64,000 bases of DNA. Source: an uncultured Latescibacterota bacterium (GTDB lineage: Bacteria; Latescibacterota; UBA2968; UBA8231). The stretch covers positions 3,434,599-3,498,598 of the forward strand of contig OX638377.1 of the NCBI GenBank assembly GCA_951813615.1, in the 5' to 3' direction. The notes under the pieces are model-generated. The model saw only the letters and a program-made list of their open reading frames with translations. It searched no databases and was not told the origin of the DNA. Shown piece by piece: positions 63,915 through 64,000 of this stretch. Each line of letters begins with the position of its first letter. Within the stretch, counting starts at the first letter, position 1. The translations under genes and the position numbers were made by a program.

Positions 63915-64000
63915 CTTTTTGTAACAAATAGCCAACTCCCTGCAGATAAAGCAGTTAGAGAATATTTGGCAACCGCAAAAGATTTTGGCAGTGTTGCAGA

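Overview
This is a high-GC bacterial chromosomal window (roughly 60-65% judged by eye, not computed). It has no rRNA, CRISPR, transposase or integrase genes. The gene content includes NHL, TPR, HEAT and FG-GAP/ASPIC repeat proteins, many lipoproteins, a PorV/PorQ-like protein and a FlgD-Ig/T9SS-type C-terminal sorting domain. This resembles uncultivated FCB-group-like candidate phyla, but taxonomy cannot be fixed from here. There are five blocks. (1) 1-22.4 kb is a ~21 kb uninterrupted minus-strand gene train. It contains exbB-exbD-exbD with no recognisable tonB, a 1090-aa TPR protein, two paralogous ~1000-aa predicted outer-membrane proteins, two paralogous ~255-aa lipoproteins, a PorV-like protein and a T9SS-CTD cargo. 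It ends with a SurA-like PPIase, an OPT-like transporter, an FGE-family lipoprotein and an LRR-like lipoprotein. (2) 22.4-34.5 kb encodes secreted and lipoprotein repeat proteins: CBM9-like, DUF4159, HEAT, two CRTAC1/ASPIC-type FG-GAP proteins and four TPR proteins. (3) 34.5-43.8 kb is housekeeping: Ldh2-family dehydrogenase, split transketolase, zinc-ribbon protein, RNase P RNA, pyrF, tRNA-Pro(UGG), class-III aminotransferase, cytochrome c and a PQQ sugar dehydrogenase. (4) 43.85-46.94 kb is an AT-richer two-gene islet: a PD-(D/E)XK nuclease-like protein plus a DUF1156-type zinc-ribbon DNA methyltransferase, a restriction-modification-like defence candidate. (5) 47.96-63.9 kb is the most striking part. 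A REC-PAS-AAA+(GAFTGA)-HTH sigma54 activator gene is followed on the same strand by a tandem array of four paralogous Calx-beta/autotransporter-like surface-protein genes. Each gene has its own near-identical -24/-12 promoter, a palindromic upstream element at a fixed ~195 bp distance and a strong RBS; the three intact copies also end in a hairpin terminator. The last copy is decaying. Many long antisense or alternate-frame ORFs in the supplied track are GC-driven artefacts.
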